Shown: positions 27,601 through 42,100 of the stretch, piece by piece
Layout: the number at the start of each line of letters is the position of its first letter
How positions within the stretch are numbered: position 1 is the stretch's first letter
From: the human T2T-CHM13v2.0 reference genome, Homo sapiens
Reading direction: 5' to 3' (one strand)
Assembly: GCF_009914755.1 (NCBI RefSeq)
Contig: NC_060935.1
Length of the DNA: 64,000 bases
Translations under genes and position numbers: made by a program
Notes under the pieces: model-generated
Told to the model about the DNA's origin: nothing
Database searches by the model: none
The model's input: only the letters and a program-made list of their open reading frames with translations

Positions 27601-30600
27601 GTAAACAATCTTTTTGTAGAATCTGCGATTGGAGATTTGGACTGCTTTGAGGCCTACTGTAGTAAAGGAAATAACTTCATCTAAAAACCAAACGGAAGCA
27701 TTCACAGACAATTCTTAGTGATCATTGCATTGAACTAACAGAGCTGAACATTCCTTTAGATGGAGCAGTTTCCAAACACACTTTCTGTAGAATCTGCAAG
27801 TGGATATTCGGACTTCTCTGAGGATTTTGTTGGAAACGGGATAAACTTCCCAGAACTACACGGAAGCATTGTGAGAAACTTCTTTGTGATGTTTGCATTC
27901 AACTCACAGAGTTGAACCTTGCTTTCATAGTTCAGCTTTCAAACACTCTTTTTGTAGAATCTGCAAGTGCATATTTGGACCACTTTGTGGCCTTCCTTCG
28001 AAACGGGTATATCTTCACATCAAACCTAGACAGAAGCATTCTCAGAATGTTTCCTGTGAAGACTGCATTCAACTCACAGAGATGAACAATCCTGTTGATG
28101 GAGCACTTTGGAAACTCTCTTTCTTGGGATTCTGCAAGTTGATATGTGGACCTCTGTGAAGATTTCTTTGGAAACGTGTTCATCTTCACAGAAAAACTAA
28201 ACAGAAGCATTCTCAAAAACTACTTTGTGATGTTTGTGTTCCACTTCAAGAATTGAACTTTCCTCTTGACAGAGCAGCTCTGAAAACCTCTTTTTCTAGA
28301 ATCTGCAAGTGGACATTTGGAGGGCTTTGAGGCCTGTGGTGGAAAAGGAAAATCTTCACATAAAAACTAGATGGAAGCATTCTCAGAAACTACTTTGTGA
28401 TGATTGCATTCGACTCACAGAGTTGAACATTCCTATAGATAGAGCAGGTTGTAAACAATCTTTTTGTAGAATCTGCGATTGGAGATTTGGACTGCTTTGA
28501 GGCCTACTGTAGTAGAGGAAATAACTTCATCTAAAAACCAAACGGAAGCATTCACAGACAATTCTTAGTGATCATTGCATTGAACTAACAGAGCTGAACA
28601 TTCCTTTAGATGGCGCAGTTTCCAAACACACTTTCTGTAGAATCTGCAAGTGGATATTTGGACCTCTCTGAGGATTTCGTTAGAAACGGGATAAACTTCC
28701 CAGAACTACACGGAAGCATGCTGAGAAACTTCTTTGTGATGTTTGCATTCAACTCACAGAGTTGAACCTTGCTTTCATAGTTCAGCTTTCAAACACTCTT
28801 TTTGTAGAATCTGCAAGTGGATATTTGGACCACTTTGTGGCCTTCCTTCGAAACGGGTATATCTTCACATCAAACCTAGACAGAAGCATTCTCAGAATGT
28901 TTCCTGTGATGACTGCATTCAACTCACAGAGGTGAACAATCCTGCTGATGGAGCAATTTTGAAACTCTCTTTCTTTGGATTCTGCAAGTGGATATGTGGA
29001 CCTCTGTGAAGATTTCGTTGGAAACGGGTTCATCTTCACAGAAAAACTAAACAGGAGCATTCTCAGAAAGTGCTTTGTGATGTTTGTGTTCCACTTCAGG
29101 AATTGAACTTTCCTCTTGACAGAGCAGCTCTGAAACCCTCTTTTTCTAGAATCTGCAAGTGGACATTTGGAGGGCTTTGAGGCCTGTGGTGGAAAAGGAA
29201 AATCTTCACATAAAAACTAGATGGAAGCATTCTCAGAAACTACTTTGTGATGATTGCATTCGACTCACAGAGTTGAACATTCCTATAGATAGAGCAGGTT
29301 GTAAACAATCTTTTTGTAGAATCTGCGATTGGAGATTTGGACTGCTTTGAGGCCTACTGTAGTAAAGGAAATAACTTCATCTAAAAACCAAACGGAAGCA
29401 TTCACAGACAATTCTTAGTGATCATTGGATTGAACTAACAGAGTTGAACATTCCTTTAGATGGCGCAGTCTCCAAACACACTTTCTGTAGAATCTGCAAG
29501 TGGATATTTGGACTTCTCTGAGGATTTCGTTGGAAACGGGATAAACTTCCCAGAACTACACGGAAGCATTGTGAGAAACTTCTTTGTGATGTTTGCATTC
29601 AACTCACAGAGTTGAACCTTGCTTTCATAGTTCAGCTTTCAAACCCTCTTTTTGTAGAATCTGCAAGTGGATATTTGGGCCACTTTGTGGCCTTCCTTCG
29701 AAACGGGTATATCTTCACATCAAACCTAGACAGAAGCATTCTCAGAATGTTTCCTGTGATGACTGCATTCAACTCAGAGAGGTGAACAATCCTGCTGATG
29801 GAGCAGTTTTGAAACTCTCTTTCTTTGGATTCTGCAAGTGGATATGTGGACCTCTGTGAAGATTTCGTTGGAAACGGGTTCATCTTCACAGAAAAACTAA
29901 ACAGGAGCATTCTCAGAAACTGCTTTGTGATGTTTGTGTTCCACTTCAAGAATTGAACTTTCCTCTTGACAGAGCAGCTCTGAAACCCTATTTTTCTAGA
30001 ATCTGCAAGTGGACATTTGGAGGGCTTTGAGGCCTGTGGTGGAAAAGGAAAATCTTCACATAAAAACTAGATGGAAGCATTCTCAGAAACTACTTTGTGA
30101 TGATTGCATTCGACTCACAGAGTTGAACATTCCTATAGATAGAGCAGGTTGTAAACAATCTTTTTCTAGAATCTGCGATTGGAGATTTGGACAGCTTTGA
30201 GGCCTACTGTAGTAAAGGAAATAACTTCATCTAAAAACCAAACGGAAGCATTCACAGACAATTCTTAGTGATCATTGGATTGAACTAACAGAGCTGAACA
30301 TTCCTTTAGATGGAGCAGTTTCCAAACCCACTTTCTGTAGAATCTGCAAGTGGATATTTGGACTTCTCTGAGGATTTCGTTGGAAACGGGATAAACTTCC
30401 CAGAACTACAGGGAAGCATTGTGAGAAACTTCTTTGTGATGTTTGCATTCAACTCACAGAGTTGAACCTTGCTTTCATAGTTCAGCTTTCAAACACTCTT
30501 TTTGTAGAATCTGCAAGTGGATATTTGGACCACTTTGTGGCCTTCCTTCGAAACGGGTATATCTTCACATCAAACCTAGACAGAAGCATTCTCAGAATGT

Positions 30601-33600
30601 TTCCTGTGAAGACTGCATTCAACTCACAGAGATGAACAATCCTGTTGATGGAGCACTTTGGAAACTCTCTTTCTTGGGATTCTGCAAGTTGATATGTGGA
30701 CCTCTGTGAAGATTTCGTTGGAAACGGGTTCATCTTCACAGAAAAACTAAACAGAAGCATTCTCAAAAACTACTTTGTGATGTTTGTGTTCCACTTCAAG
30801 AATTGAACTTTCCTCTTGACAGAGCAGCTCTGAAAACCTCTTTTTCTAGAATCTGCAAGTGGACATTTGGAGGGCTTTGAGGCCTGTGGTGGAAAAGGAA
30901 AATCTTCACATAAAAACTAGATGGAAGCATTCTCAGAAACTACTTTGTGATGATTGCATTCGACTCACAGAGTTGAACATTCCTATAGATAGAGCAGGTT
31001 GTAAACAATCTTTTTGTAGAAAATGCGATTGGAGATTTGGACTGCTTTGAGGCCTACTGTAGTAAAGGAAATAACTTCATCTAAAAACCAAACGGAAGCA
31101 TTCACACACAATTCTTAGTGATCATTGGATTGAACTAACAGAGCTGAACATTCCTTTAGATGGAGCAGTTTCCAAACCCACTTTCTGTAGAATCTGCAAG
31201 TGGATATTTGGACTTCTCTGAGGATTTCGTTGGAAACGGGATAAACTTCCCAGAACTACACGGAAGCATTGTGAGAAACTTCTTTGTGATGTTTGCATTC
31301 AACTCACAGAGTTGAACCTTGCATTCATAGTTCAGCTTTCAAACACTCTTTTTGTAGAATCTGCAAGTGGATATTTGGACCACTTTGTGGCCTTCCTTCG
31401 AAACGGGTATATCTTCACATCAAACCTAGACAGAAGCATTCTCAGAATGTTTCCTGTGATGACTGCATTCAACTCACAGAGGTGAACAATCCTGCTGATG
31501 GAGCAGTTTTGAAACTCTCTTTCTTTGGATTCTACAAGTGGATATGTGGACCTCTGTGAAGATTTCGTTGGAAACGGGTTCATCTTCACAGAAAAACTAA
31601 ACAGAAGCATTCTCAGAAACTGCTTTGTGATGTTTGTGTTCCACTTCAGGAATTGAACTTTCCTCTTGACAGAGCAGCTCTGAAACCCTCTTATTCTAGA
31701 ATCTGCAAGTGGACATTTGGAGGGCTTTGAGGCCTGTGGTGGAAAAGGAAAATCTTCACATAAAAACTAGATGGAAGCATTCTCAGAAACTACTTTGTGA
31801 TGATGGCTTTCGACTCACAGAGTTGAACATTCCTATAGATAGAGCAGGTTGTAAACAATCTTTTTGTAGAATCTGCGATTGGAGATTTGGACTGCTTTGA
31901 GGCCTACTGTAGTAAAGGAAATAACTTCATCTAAAAACCAAACGGAAGCATTCACAGACAATACTTAGTGATCATTGGATTGAACTAACAGAGCTGAACA
32001 TTCCTTTAGATGGAGCAGTTTCCAAACACACTTTCTGTAGAATCTGCAAGTGGATATTTGGACTTCTCTGAGGATTTCGTTGGAAACGGGATAAAATTCC
32101 CAGAACTACACGGAAGCATTCTGAGAAACTTCTTTGTAATGTTTGCATTCAACTCACAGAGTTGAACCTTGCTTTCATAGTTCAGCTTTCAAACACTCTT
32201 TTTGTACAATCTGCAAGTGGATATTTGGACCACTTTGTGGCCTTCCTTCGAAACGGGTATATCTTCATATCAAACCTAGACAGAAGCATTCTCAGAATGT
32301 TTCCTGTGATGACTGCATTCAACTCACAGAGGTGAACAATCCTGCTGATGGAGCAGTTTTGAAACTCTCTTTCTTTGGATTCTGCAAGTGGATATGTGGA
32401 CGTCTGTGAAGATTTCGTTGGAAACGGGTTCATCTTCACAGAAAAACTAAACAGGAGCATTCTCAGAAAGTGCTTTGTGATGTTTGTGTTCCACTTCAGG
32501 AATTGAACTTTCCTCTTGACAGAGCAGCTCTGAAACCCTCTTTTTCTAGAATCTGCAAGTGGACATTTGGAGGGCTTTGAGGCCTGTGGTGGAAAAGGAA
32601 AATCTTCACATAAAAACTAGATGGAAGCATTCTCAGAAACTACTTTGTGATGATTGCATTCGACTCACAGAGTTGAACATTCCTATAGATAGAGCAGGTT
32701 GTAAACAATCTTTTTGTAGAATCTGCGATTGGAGATTTGGACTGCTTTGAGGCCTACTGTAGTAGAGGAAATAACTTCATCTAAAAACCAAACGGAAACA
32801 TTCACAGACAATTCTTAGTGATCATTGCATTGAACTAACAGAGCTGAACATTCCTTTAGATGGAGCAGTTTCCAAACACACTTTCTGTAGAATCTGCAAG
32901 TGGATATTTGGACTTCTCTGAGGATTTCGTTGGAAACGGGATAAACTTCCCAGAACTACACGGAAGCATTCTGAGAAACTTCTTTGTGATGTTTGCATTC
33001 AACTCACAGAGTTGAACCTTGCTTTCATAGTTCAGCTTTCAAACACTCTTTTTGTAGAATCTGCAAGTGGATATTTGGACCACTTTGTGGCCTTCCTTCG
33101 AAACGGGTATATCTTCACATCAAACCTAGACAGAAGCATTCTCAGAATGTTTCCTGTGATGACTGCATTCAACTCACAGAGGTGAACAATCCTGTTGATG
33201 GAGCAGTTTTGAAACTCTCTTTCTTTGGATTCTGCAAGTTGATATGTGGACCTCTGTGAAGATTTCGTTGGAAACGGGTTCATCTTCACAGAAAAACTAA
33301 ACAGAATCATTCTCAGAAACTGCTTTGTGATGTTTGTGTTCCACTTCAAGAATTGAACTTTCCTCTTGACAGAGCAGCTCTGAAACCCTCTTTTTCTAGA
33401 ATCTGCAAGTGGACATTTGGAGGGCTTTGAGGTCTGTGGTGGAAAAGGAAAATCTTCACATAAAAACTAGATGGAAGCATTCTCAGAAACTACTTTGTGA
33501 TGATTGCATTCGACTCACAGAGTTGAACATTCCTATAGATAGAGCAGGTTGTAAACAATCTTTTTGTAGAATCTGCGATTGGAGATTTGGACTGCTTTGA

Positions 33601-34640
33601 GGCCTACTGTAGTAAAGGAAATAACTTCATCTAAAAACCAAACGGAAGCATTCACAGACAATTCTTAGTGATCATTGCATTGAACTAACAGAGCTGAACA
33701 TTCCTTTAGATGGAGCAGTTTCCAAACACACTTTCTGTAGAATCTGCAAGTGGATATTTGGACTTCTCTGAGGATTTCGTTGGAAACGGGATAAACTTCC
33801 CAGAACTACACGGAAGCATTGTGAGAAACTTCTTTGTGATGTTTGCATTCAACTCACAGAGTTGAACCTTGCTTTCATAGTTCAGCTTTCAAACACTCTT
33901 TTTGTAGAATCTGCAAGTGGATATTTGGACCACTTTGTGGCCTTCCTTCGAAACGGGTATATCTTCACATCAAACCTAGACAGAAGCATTCTCAGAATGT
34001 TTCCTGTGAAGACTGCATTCAACTCACAGAGATGAACAATCCTGTTGATGGAGCACTTTGGAAACTCTCTTTCTTGGGATTCTGCAAGTTGATATGTGGA
34101 CCTCTGTGAAGATTTCTTTGGAAACGTGTTCATCTTCACAGAAAAACTAAACAGAAGCATTCTCAAAAACTACTTTGTGATGTTTGTGTTCCACTTCAAG
34201 AATTGAACTTTCCTCTTGACAGAGCAGCTCTGAAACCCTCTTTTTCTAGAATCTGCAAGTGGACATTTGGAGGGCTTTGAGGCCTGTGGTGGAAAAGGAA
34301 AATCTTCACATAAAAACTAGATGGAAGCATTCTCAGAAACTACTTTGTGATGATTGCATTCGACTCACAGAGTTGAACATTCCTATAGATAGAGCAGGTT
34401 GTAAACAATCTTTTTGTAGAATCTGCGATTGGAGATTTGGACTGCTTTGAGGCCTACTGTAGTAGAGGAAATAACTTCATCTAAAAACCAAACGGAAGCA
34501 TTCACAGACAATTCTTAGTGATCATTGCATTGAACTAACAGAGCTGAACATTCCTTTAGATGGCGCAGTTTCCAAACACACTTTCTGTAGAATCTGCAAG
34601 TGGATATTTGGACCTCTCTGAGGATTTCGTTAGAAACGGG
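24660..34640 (+). repeat. Imperfect duplication at 7-HOR (5,950 bp) offset: ~24660-28690 vs ~30610-34640
   Basis: Shared ordered markers at +5950: 24909/30859, 25343/31293, 25759/31709, 26193/32143, 27043/32993, 27459/33409, 28163/34113, 28682/34632. Confidence 0.82.
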
Positions 34641-37600
34641 ATAAACTTCCCAGAACTACACGGAAGCATTGTGAGAAACTTCTTTGTGATGTTTGCATTC
34701 AACTCACAGAGTTGAAACTTGCTTTCATAGTTCAGCTTTCAAACACTCTTTTTGTAGAATCTGCAAGTGGATATTTGGACCACTTTTTGGGCTTCCTTCG
34801 AAACGGGTATATCTTCACATCAAACCTAGACAGAAACATTCTCAGAATGTTTCCTGTGATGACTGCATTCAACTCACAGAGGTGAACAATCCTGCTGATG
34901 GAGCAGTTTTGAAACTCTCTTTCTTTGGATTCTGCAAGTGGATATGTGGACCTCTGTGAAGATTTAGTTGGAAACGTGTTCATCTTCACAGAAAAACTAA
35001 ACAGGAGCATTCTCAGAAACTGCTTTGTGATGTTTGTGTTCCACTTCAAGAATTGAACTTTCCTCTTGACAGAGCAGCTCTGAAACCCTATTTTTCTAGA
35101 ATATGCAAGTGGACATTTGGAGGGCTTTGAGGCCTGTGGTGGAAAAGGAAAATCTTCACATAAAAACTAGATGGAAGCATTCTCAGAAACTACTTTGTGA
35201 TGATTGCATTCGACGCACAGAGTTGAACATTCCTATAGATAGAGCAGGTTGTAAACAATCTTTTTGTAGAATCTGCGATTGGAGATTTGGACTGCTATGA
35301 GGCCTACTGTAGTAAAGGAAATAACTTCATCTAAAAACCAAACGGAAGCATTCACAGACAATTCTTAGTGATCATTGCATTGAACTAACAGAGCTGAACA
35401 TTCCTTTAGATGGAGCAGTTTCCAAACCCACTTTCTGTAGAATCTGCAAGTGGATATTTGGACTTCTCTGAGGATTTCGTTGGAAACGGGATAAAATTCC
35501 CAGAACTACACGGAAGCATTCTGAGAAACTTCTTTGTGATGTTTGCATTCAACTCACAGAGTTGAACCTTGCTTTCATAGTTCAGCTTTCAAACACTCTT
35601 TTTGTACAATCTGCAAGTGGATATGTGGACCACTTTGTGGCCTTCCTTCGAAACGGGTATATCTTCATATCAAACCTAGACAGAAGCATTCTCAGAATGT
35701 TTCCTGTGATGACTGCATTCAACTCACAGAGGTGAACAATCCTGCTGATGGAGCAGTTTTGAAACTCTCTTTCTTTGGATTCTGCAAGTGGATATGTGGA
35801 CCTCTGTGAAGATTTCGTTGGAAACGGGTTCATCTTCACAGAAAAACTAAACAGGAGCATTCTCAGAAACTGCTTTGTGATGTTTGTGTTCCACTTCAGG
35901 AATTGAACTTTCCTCTTGACAGAGCAGCTCTGAAACCCTCTTTTTCTAGAATCTGCAAGTGGACATTTGGAGGGCTTTGAGGCCTGTGGTGGAAAAGGAA
36001 AATCTTCACATAAAAACTAGATGGAAGCATTCTCAGAAACTACTTTGTGATGATTGCATTCGACTCACAGAGTTGAACATTCCTATAGATAGAGCAGGTT
36101 GTAAACAATCTTTTTGTAGAATCTGCGATTGGAGATTTGGACTGCTTTGAGGCCTACTGTAGTAGAGGAAATAACTTCATCTAAAAACCAAACGGAAGCA
36201 TTCACAGACAATTCTTAGTGATCATTGCATTGAACTAACAGAGCTGAACATTCCTTTAGATGGAGCAGTTTCCAAACACACTTTCTGTAGAATCTGCAAG
36301 TGGATATTTGGACTTCTCTGAGGATTTCGTTAGAAACGGGATAAACTTCCCAGAACTACACGGAAGCATTCTGAGAAACTTCTTTGTGATGTTTGCATTC
36401 AACTCACAGAGTTGAACCTTGCTTTCATAGTTCAGCTTTCAAACACTCTTTTTGTAGAATCTGCAAGTGGATATTTGGACCACTTTGTGGCCTTCCTTCG
36501 AAACGGGTATATCTTCACATCAAACCTAGACAGAAGCATTCTCAGAATGTTTCCTGTAATGACTGCATTCAACTCACAGAGGTGAACAATCCTGTTGATG
36601 GAGCAGTTTTGAAACTCTCTTTCTTTGGATTCTGCAAGTTGATATGTGGACCTCTGTGAAGATTTCGTTGGAAACGGGTTCATCTTCACAGAAAAACTAA
36701 ACAGAATCATTCTCAGAAACTGCTTTGTGATGTTTGTGTTCCACTTCAAGAATTGAACTTTCCTCTTGACAGAGCAGCTCTGAAACCCTCTTTTTCTAGA
36801 ATCTGCAAGTGGACATTTGGAGGGCTTTGAGGCCTGTGGTGGAAAAGGAAAATCTTCACATAAAAACTAGATGGAAGCATTCTCAGAAACTACTTTGTGA
36901 TGATTGCATTCGACTCACAGAGTTGAACATTCCTATAGATAGAGCAGGTTGTAAACAATCTTTTTGTAGAATCTGCGATTGGAGATTTGGACTGCTTTGA
37001 GGCCTACTGTAGTAAAGGAAATAACTTCATCTAAAAACCAAACGGAAGCATTCACAGACAATTCTTAGTGATCATTGCATTGAACTAACAGAGCTGAACA
37101 TTCCTTTAGATGGAGCAGTTTCCAAACACACTTTCTGTAGAATCTGCAAGTGGATATTTGGACTTCTCTGAGGATTTCGTTGGAAACGGGATAAACTTCC
37201 CAGAACTACACGGAAGCATTGTGAGAAACTTCTTTGTGATGTTTGCATTCAACTCACAGAGTTGAACCTTGCTTTCATAGTTCAGCTTTCAAACACTCTT
37301 TTTGTAGAATCTGCAAGTGCATATTTGGACCACTTTGTGTCCTTCCTTCGAAACGGGTATATCTTCACATCAAACCTAGACAGAAGCATTCTCAGAATGT
37401 TTCCTGTGAAGACTGCATTCAACTCACAGAGATGAACAATCCTGTTGATGGAGCACTTTGGAAACTCTCTTTCTTGGGATTCTGCAAGTTGATATGTGGA
37501 CCTCTCTGAAGATTTCTTTGGAAACGTGTTCATCTTCACAGAAAAACTAAACAGAAGCATTCTCAAAAACTACTTTGTGATGTTTGTGTTCCACTTCAAG

Positions 37601-39149
37601 AATTGAACTTTCCTCTTGACAGAGCAGCTCTGAAAACCTCTTTTTCTAGAATCTGCAAGTGGACATTTGGAGGGCTTTGAGGCCTGTGGTGGAAAAGGAA
37701 AATCTTCACATAAAAACTAGATGGAAGCATTCTCAGAAACTACTTTGTGATGATTGCATTCGACTCACAGAGTTGAACATTCCTATAGATAGAGCAGGTT
37801 GTAAACAATCTTTTTGTGGAATCTGCGATTGGAGATTTGGACTGCTTTGAGGCCTACTGTAGTAGAGGAAATAACTTCATCTAAAAACCAAACGGAAGCA
37901 TTCACAGACAATTCTTAGTGATCATTGCATTGAACTAACAGAGCTGAACATTCCTTTAGATGGCGCAGTTTCCAAACACACTTTCTGTAGAATCTGCAAG
38001 TGGATATTTGGACCTCTCTGAGGATTTCGTTAGAAACGGGATAAACTTCCCAGAACTACACGGAAGCATGCTGAGAAACTTCTTTGTGATGTTTGCATTC
38101 AACTCACAGAGTTGAACCTTGCTTTCATAGTTCAGCTTTCAAACACTCTTTTTGTAGAATCTGCAAGTGGATATTTGGACCACTTTGTGGCCTTCCTTCG
38201 AAACGGGTATATCTTCACATCAAACCTAGACAGAAACATTCTCAGAATGTTTCCTGTGATGACTGCATTCAACTCACAGAGGTGAACAATCCTGCTGATG
38301 GAGCAGTTTTGAAACTCTCTTTCTTTGGATTCTGCAAGTGGATATGTGGACCTCTGTGAAGATTTCGTTGGAAACGGGTTCATCTTCACAGAAAAACTAA
38401 ACAGGAGCATTCTCAGAAACTGCTTTGTGATGTTTGTGTTCCACTTCAAGAATTGAACTTTCCTCTTGACAGAGCAGCTCTGAAACCCTATTTTTCTAGA
38501 ATATGCAAGTGGACATTTGGAGGGCTTTGAGGCCTGTGGTGGAAAAGGAAAATCTTCACATAAAAACTAGATGGAAGCATTCTCAGAAACTACTTTGTGA
38601 TGATTGCATTCGACGCACAGAGTTGAACATTCCTATAGATAGAGCAGGTTGTAAACAATCTTTTTGTAGAATCTGCGATTGGAGATTTGGACTGCTTTGA
38701 GGCCTACTGTAGTAAAGGAAATAACTTCATCTAAAAACCAAACGGAAGCATTCACAGACAATTCTTAGTGATCATTGCATTGAACTAACAGAGCTGAACA
38801 TTCCTTTAGATGGCGCAGTTTCCAAACACACTTTCTGTAGAATCTGCAAGTGGATATTTGGACCTCTCTGAGGATTTCGTTGGAAACGGGATAAACTTCC
38901 CAGAACTACACGGAAGCATGCTGAGAAACTTCTTTGTGATGTTTGCATTCAACTCACAGAGTTGAACCTTGCTTTCATAGTTCAGCTTTCAAACACTCTT
39001 TTTGTAGAATCTGCAAGTGGATATTTGGACCACTTTGTGGCCTTCCTTCGAAACGGGTATATCTTCACATCAAACCTAGACAGAAGCATTCTCAGAATGT
39101 TTCCTGTGATGACTGCATTCAACTCACAGAGGTGAACAATCCTGCTGAT

Positions 39150-42100
39150 GGAGCAATTTTGAAACTCTCTTTCTTTGGATTCTGCAAGTGGATATGTGGA
39201 CCTCTGTGAAGATTTCGTTGGAAACGGGTTCATCTTCACAGAAAAACTAAACAGAAGCATTCTCAGAAACTGCTTTGTGATGTTTGTGTTCCACTTCAGG
39301 AATTGAACTTTCCTCTTGACAGAGCAGCTCTGAAACCCTCTTATTCTAGAATCTGCAAGTGGACATTTGGAGGGCTTTGAGGCCTGTGGTGGAAAAGGAA
39401 AATCTTCACATAAAAACTAGATGGAAGCATTCTCAGAAACTACTTTGTGATGATTGCATTCGACTCACAGAGTTGAACATTCCTATAGATAGAGCAGGTT
39501 GTAAACAATCTTTTTGTAGAATCTGCGATTGGAGATTTGGACTGCTTTGAGGCCTACTGTAGTAAAGGAAATAACTTCATCTAAAAACCAAACGGAAGCA
39601 TTCACAGACAATTCTTAGTGATCATTGCATTGAACTAACAGAGCTGAACATTCCTTTAGATGGCGCAGTTTCCAAACACACTTTCTGTAGAATCTGCAAG
39701 TGGATATTTGGACTTCTCTGAGAATTTCGTTGGAAAAGGGATAAACTTCCCAGAACTACACGGAAGCATTGTGAGAAACTTCTTTGTGATGTTTGCATTC
39801 AACTCACAGAGTTGAAACTTGCTTTCATAGTTCAGCTTTCAAACACTCTTTTTGTAGAATCTGCAAGTGGATATTTGGACCACTTTGTGGCCTTCCTTCG
39901 AAACGGGTATATCTTCACATCAAACCTAGACATAAGCATTCTCAGAATGTTTCCTGTGAAGACTGCATTCAACTCACAGAGATGAACAATCCTGTTGATG
40001 GAGCACTTTGGAAACTCTCTTTCTTTGGATTCTGCAAGTGGATATGTGGACCTCTGTGAAGATTTCGTTGGAAACGGGTTCATCTTCACAGAAAAACTAA
40101 ACAGAAGCATTCTCAAAAACTACTTTGTGATGTTTGTGTTCCACTTCAAGAATTGAACTTTCCTCTTGACAGAGCAGTTCTGAAAACCTCTTTTTCTAGA
40201 ATCTGCAAGTGGACATTTGGAGGGCTTTGAGGCCTGTGGTGGAAAAGGAAAATCTTCACATAAAAACTAGATGGAAGCATTCTCAGAAACTACTTTGTGA
40301 TGATTGCATTCGACTCACAGAGTTGAACATTCCTATAGATAGAGCAGGTTGTAAACAATCTTTTTGTAGAATCTGCGATTGGAGATTCGGACTGCTTTGA
40401 GGCCTACTGTAGTAAAGGAAATAACTTCATCTAGAAACCAAACGGAAGCATTCACAGACAATTCTTAGTGATCATTGCATTGAACTAACAGAGCTGAACA
40501 TTCCTTTACATGGCGCAGTTTCCAAACACACTTTCTGTAGAATCTGCAAGTGGATATTTGGACCTCTCTGAGGATTTCGTTGGAAACGGGATAAACTTCC
40601 CAGAACTACACGGAAGCATGCTGAGAAACTTCTTTGTGATGTTTGCATTCAACTCACAGAGTTGAACCTTGCTTTCATAGTTCAGCTTTCAAACACTTTT
40701 TTTGTAGAATCTGCAAGTGGATATTTGGACCACTTTGTGGCCTTCCTTCGAAACGGGTATATCTTCACATCAAACCTAGACAGAAGCATTCTCAGAATGT
40801 TTCCTGTGATGACTGCATTCAACTCACAGAGGTGAACAATCCTGCTGATGGAGGAGTTTTGAAACTCTCTTTCTTTGGATTCTGCAAGTGGATATGTGGA
40901 CCTCTGTGAAGATTTCGTTGGAAACGGGTTCATCTTCACAGAAAAACTAAACAGAAGCATTCTCAGAAACTGCTTTGTGATGTTTGTGTTCCACTTCAGG
41001 AATTGAACTTTCCTCTTGACAGAGCAGCTCTGAAACCCTCTTATTCTAGAATCTGCAAGTGGACATTTGGAGGGCTTTGAGGCCTGTGGTGGAAAAGGAA
41101 AATCTTCACAAAAAAACTAGATGGAAGCATTCTCAGAAACTACTTTGTGATGATTGCATTCGACTCACAGAGTTGAACATTCCTATAGATAGAGCAGGTT
41201 GTAAACAATCTTTTTCTAGAATCTGCTATTGGAGATTTGGACTCCTTTGAGGCCTACTGTAGTAAAGGAAATAACTTCATCTAAAAACCAAACGGAAGCA
41301 TTCACAGACAATTCTCAGGATCATTGGATTGAACTAACAGAGCTGAACATTCCTTTAGATGGAGCAGTTTCCAAACACACTTTCTGTAGAATCTGCAAGT
41401 GGATATTTGGACTTCTCTGAGAATTTCGTTGGAAAAGGGATAAACTTCCCAGAACTACACGGAAGCATTGTGAGAAACTTCTTTGTGATGTTTGCATTCA
41501 ACTCACAGAGTTGAACCTTGCTTTCATAGTTCAGCTTTCAAACACTCTTTTTGTAGAATCTGCAAGTGGATATTTGGACCACTTTGTGGCCTTCCTTCGA
41601 AACGGGTATATCTTCACATCAAACCTAGACAGAAGCATTCTCAGAATGTTTCCTGTGATGACTGCATTCAACTCACAGAGGTGAACAATCCTGCTGATGG
41701 AGCAGTTTTGAAACTCTCTTTCTTTGGATTCTGCAAGTGGATATGTTGACCTCTGTGAAGATTTCGTTGGAAACGGGTTCATCTTCACAGAAAAACTAAA
41801 CAGGAGCATTCTCAGAAACTGCTTTGTGATGTTTGTGTTCCACTTCAAGAATTGAACTTTCCTCTTGACAGAGCAGCTCTGAAACCCTCTTTTTCTAGAA
41901 TCTGCAAGTGGACATTTGGAAGGATTTGAGGCCTGTGGTGGAAAAGGAAAATCTTCACATAAAAACTAGATGGAAGCATTCTCAGAAACTACTTTGTGAT
42001 GATTGCATTCGACTCACAGAGTTGAACATTCCTATAGATAGAGCAGGTTGTAAACAATCTTTTTGTAGAATCTGCGATTGGAGATTTGGACTGCTTTGAG

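Noticed and set aside
41229-41420. New ORFs appearing only in the right domain (MEIWTP..., MDIWTT...)
   Set aside because: They are direct frameshift by-products of the two 1-bp deletions.
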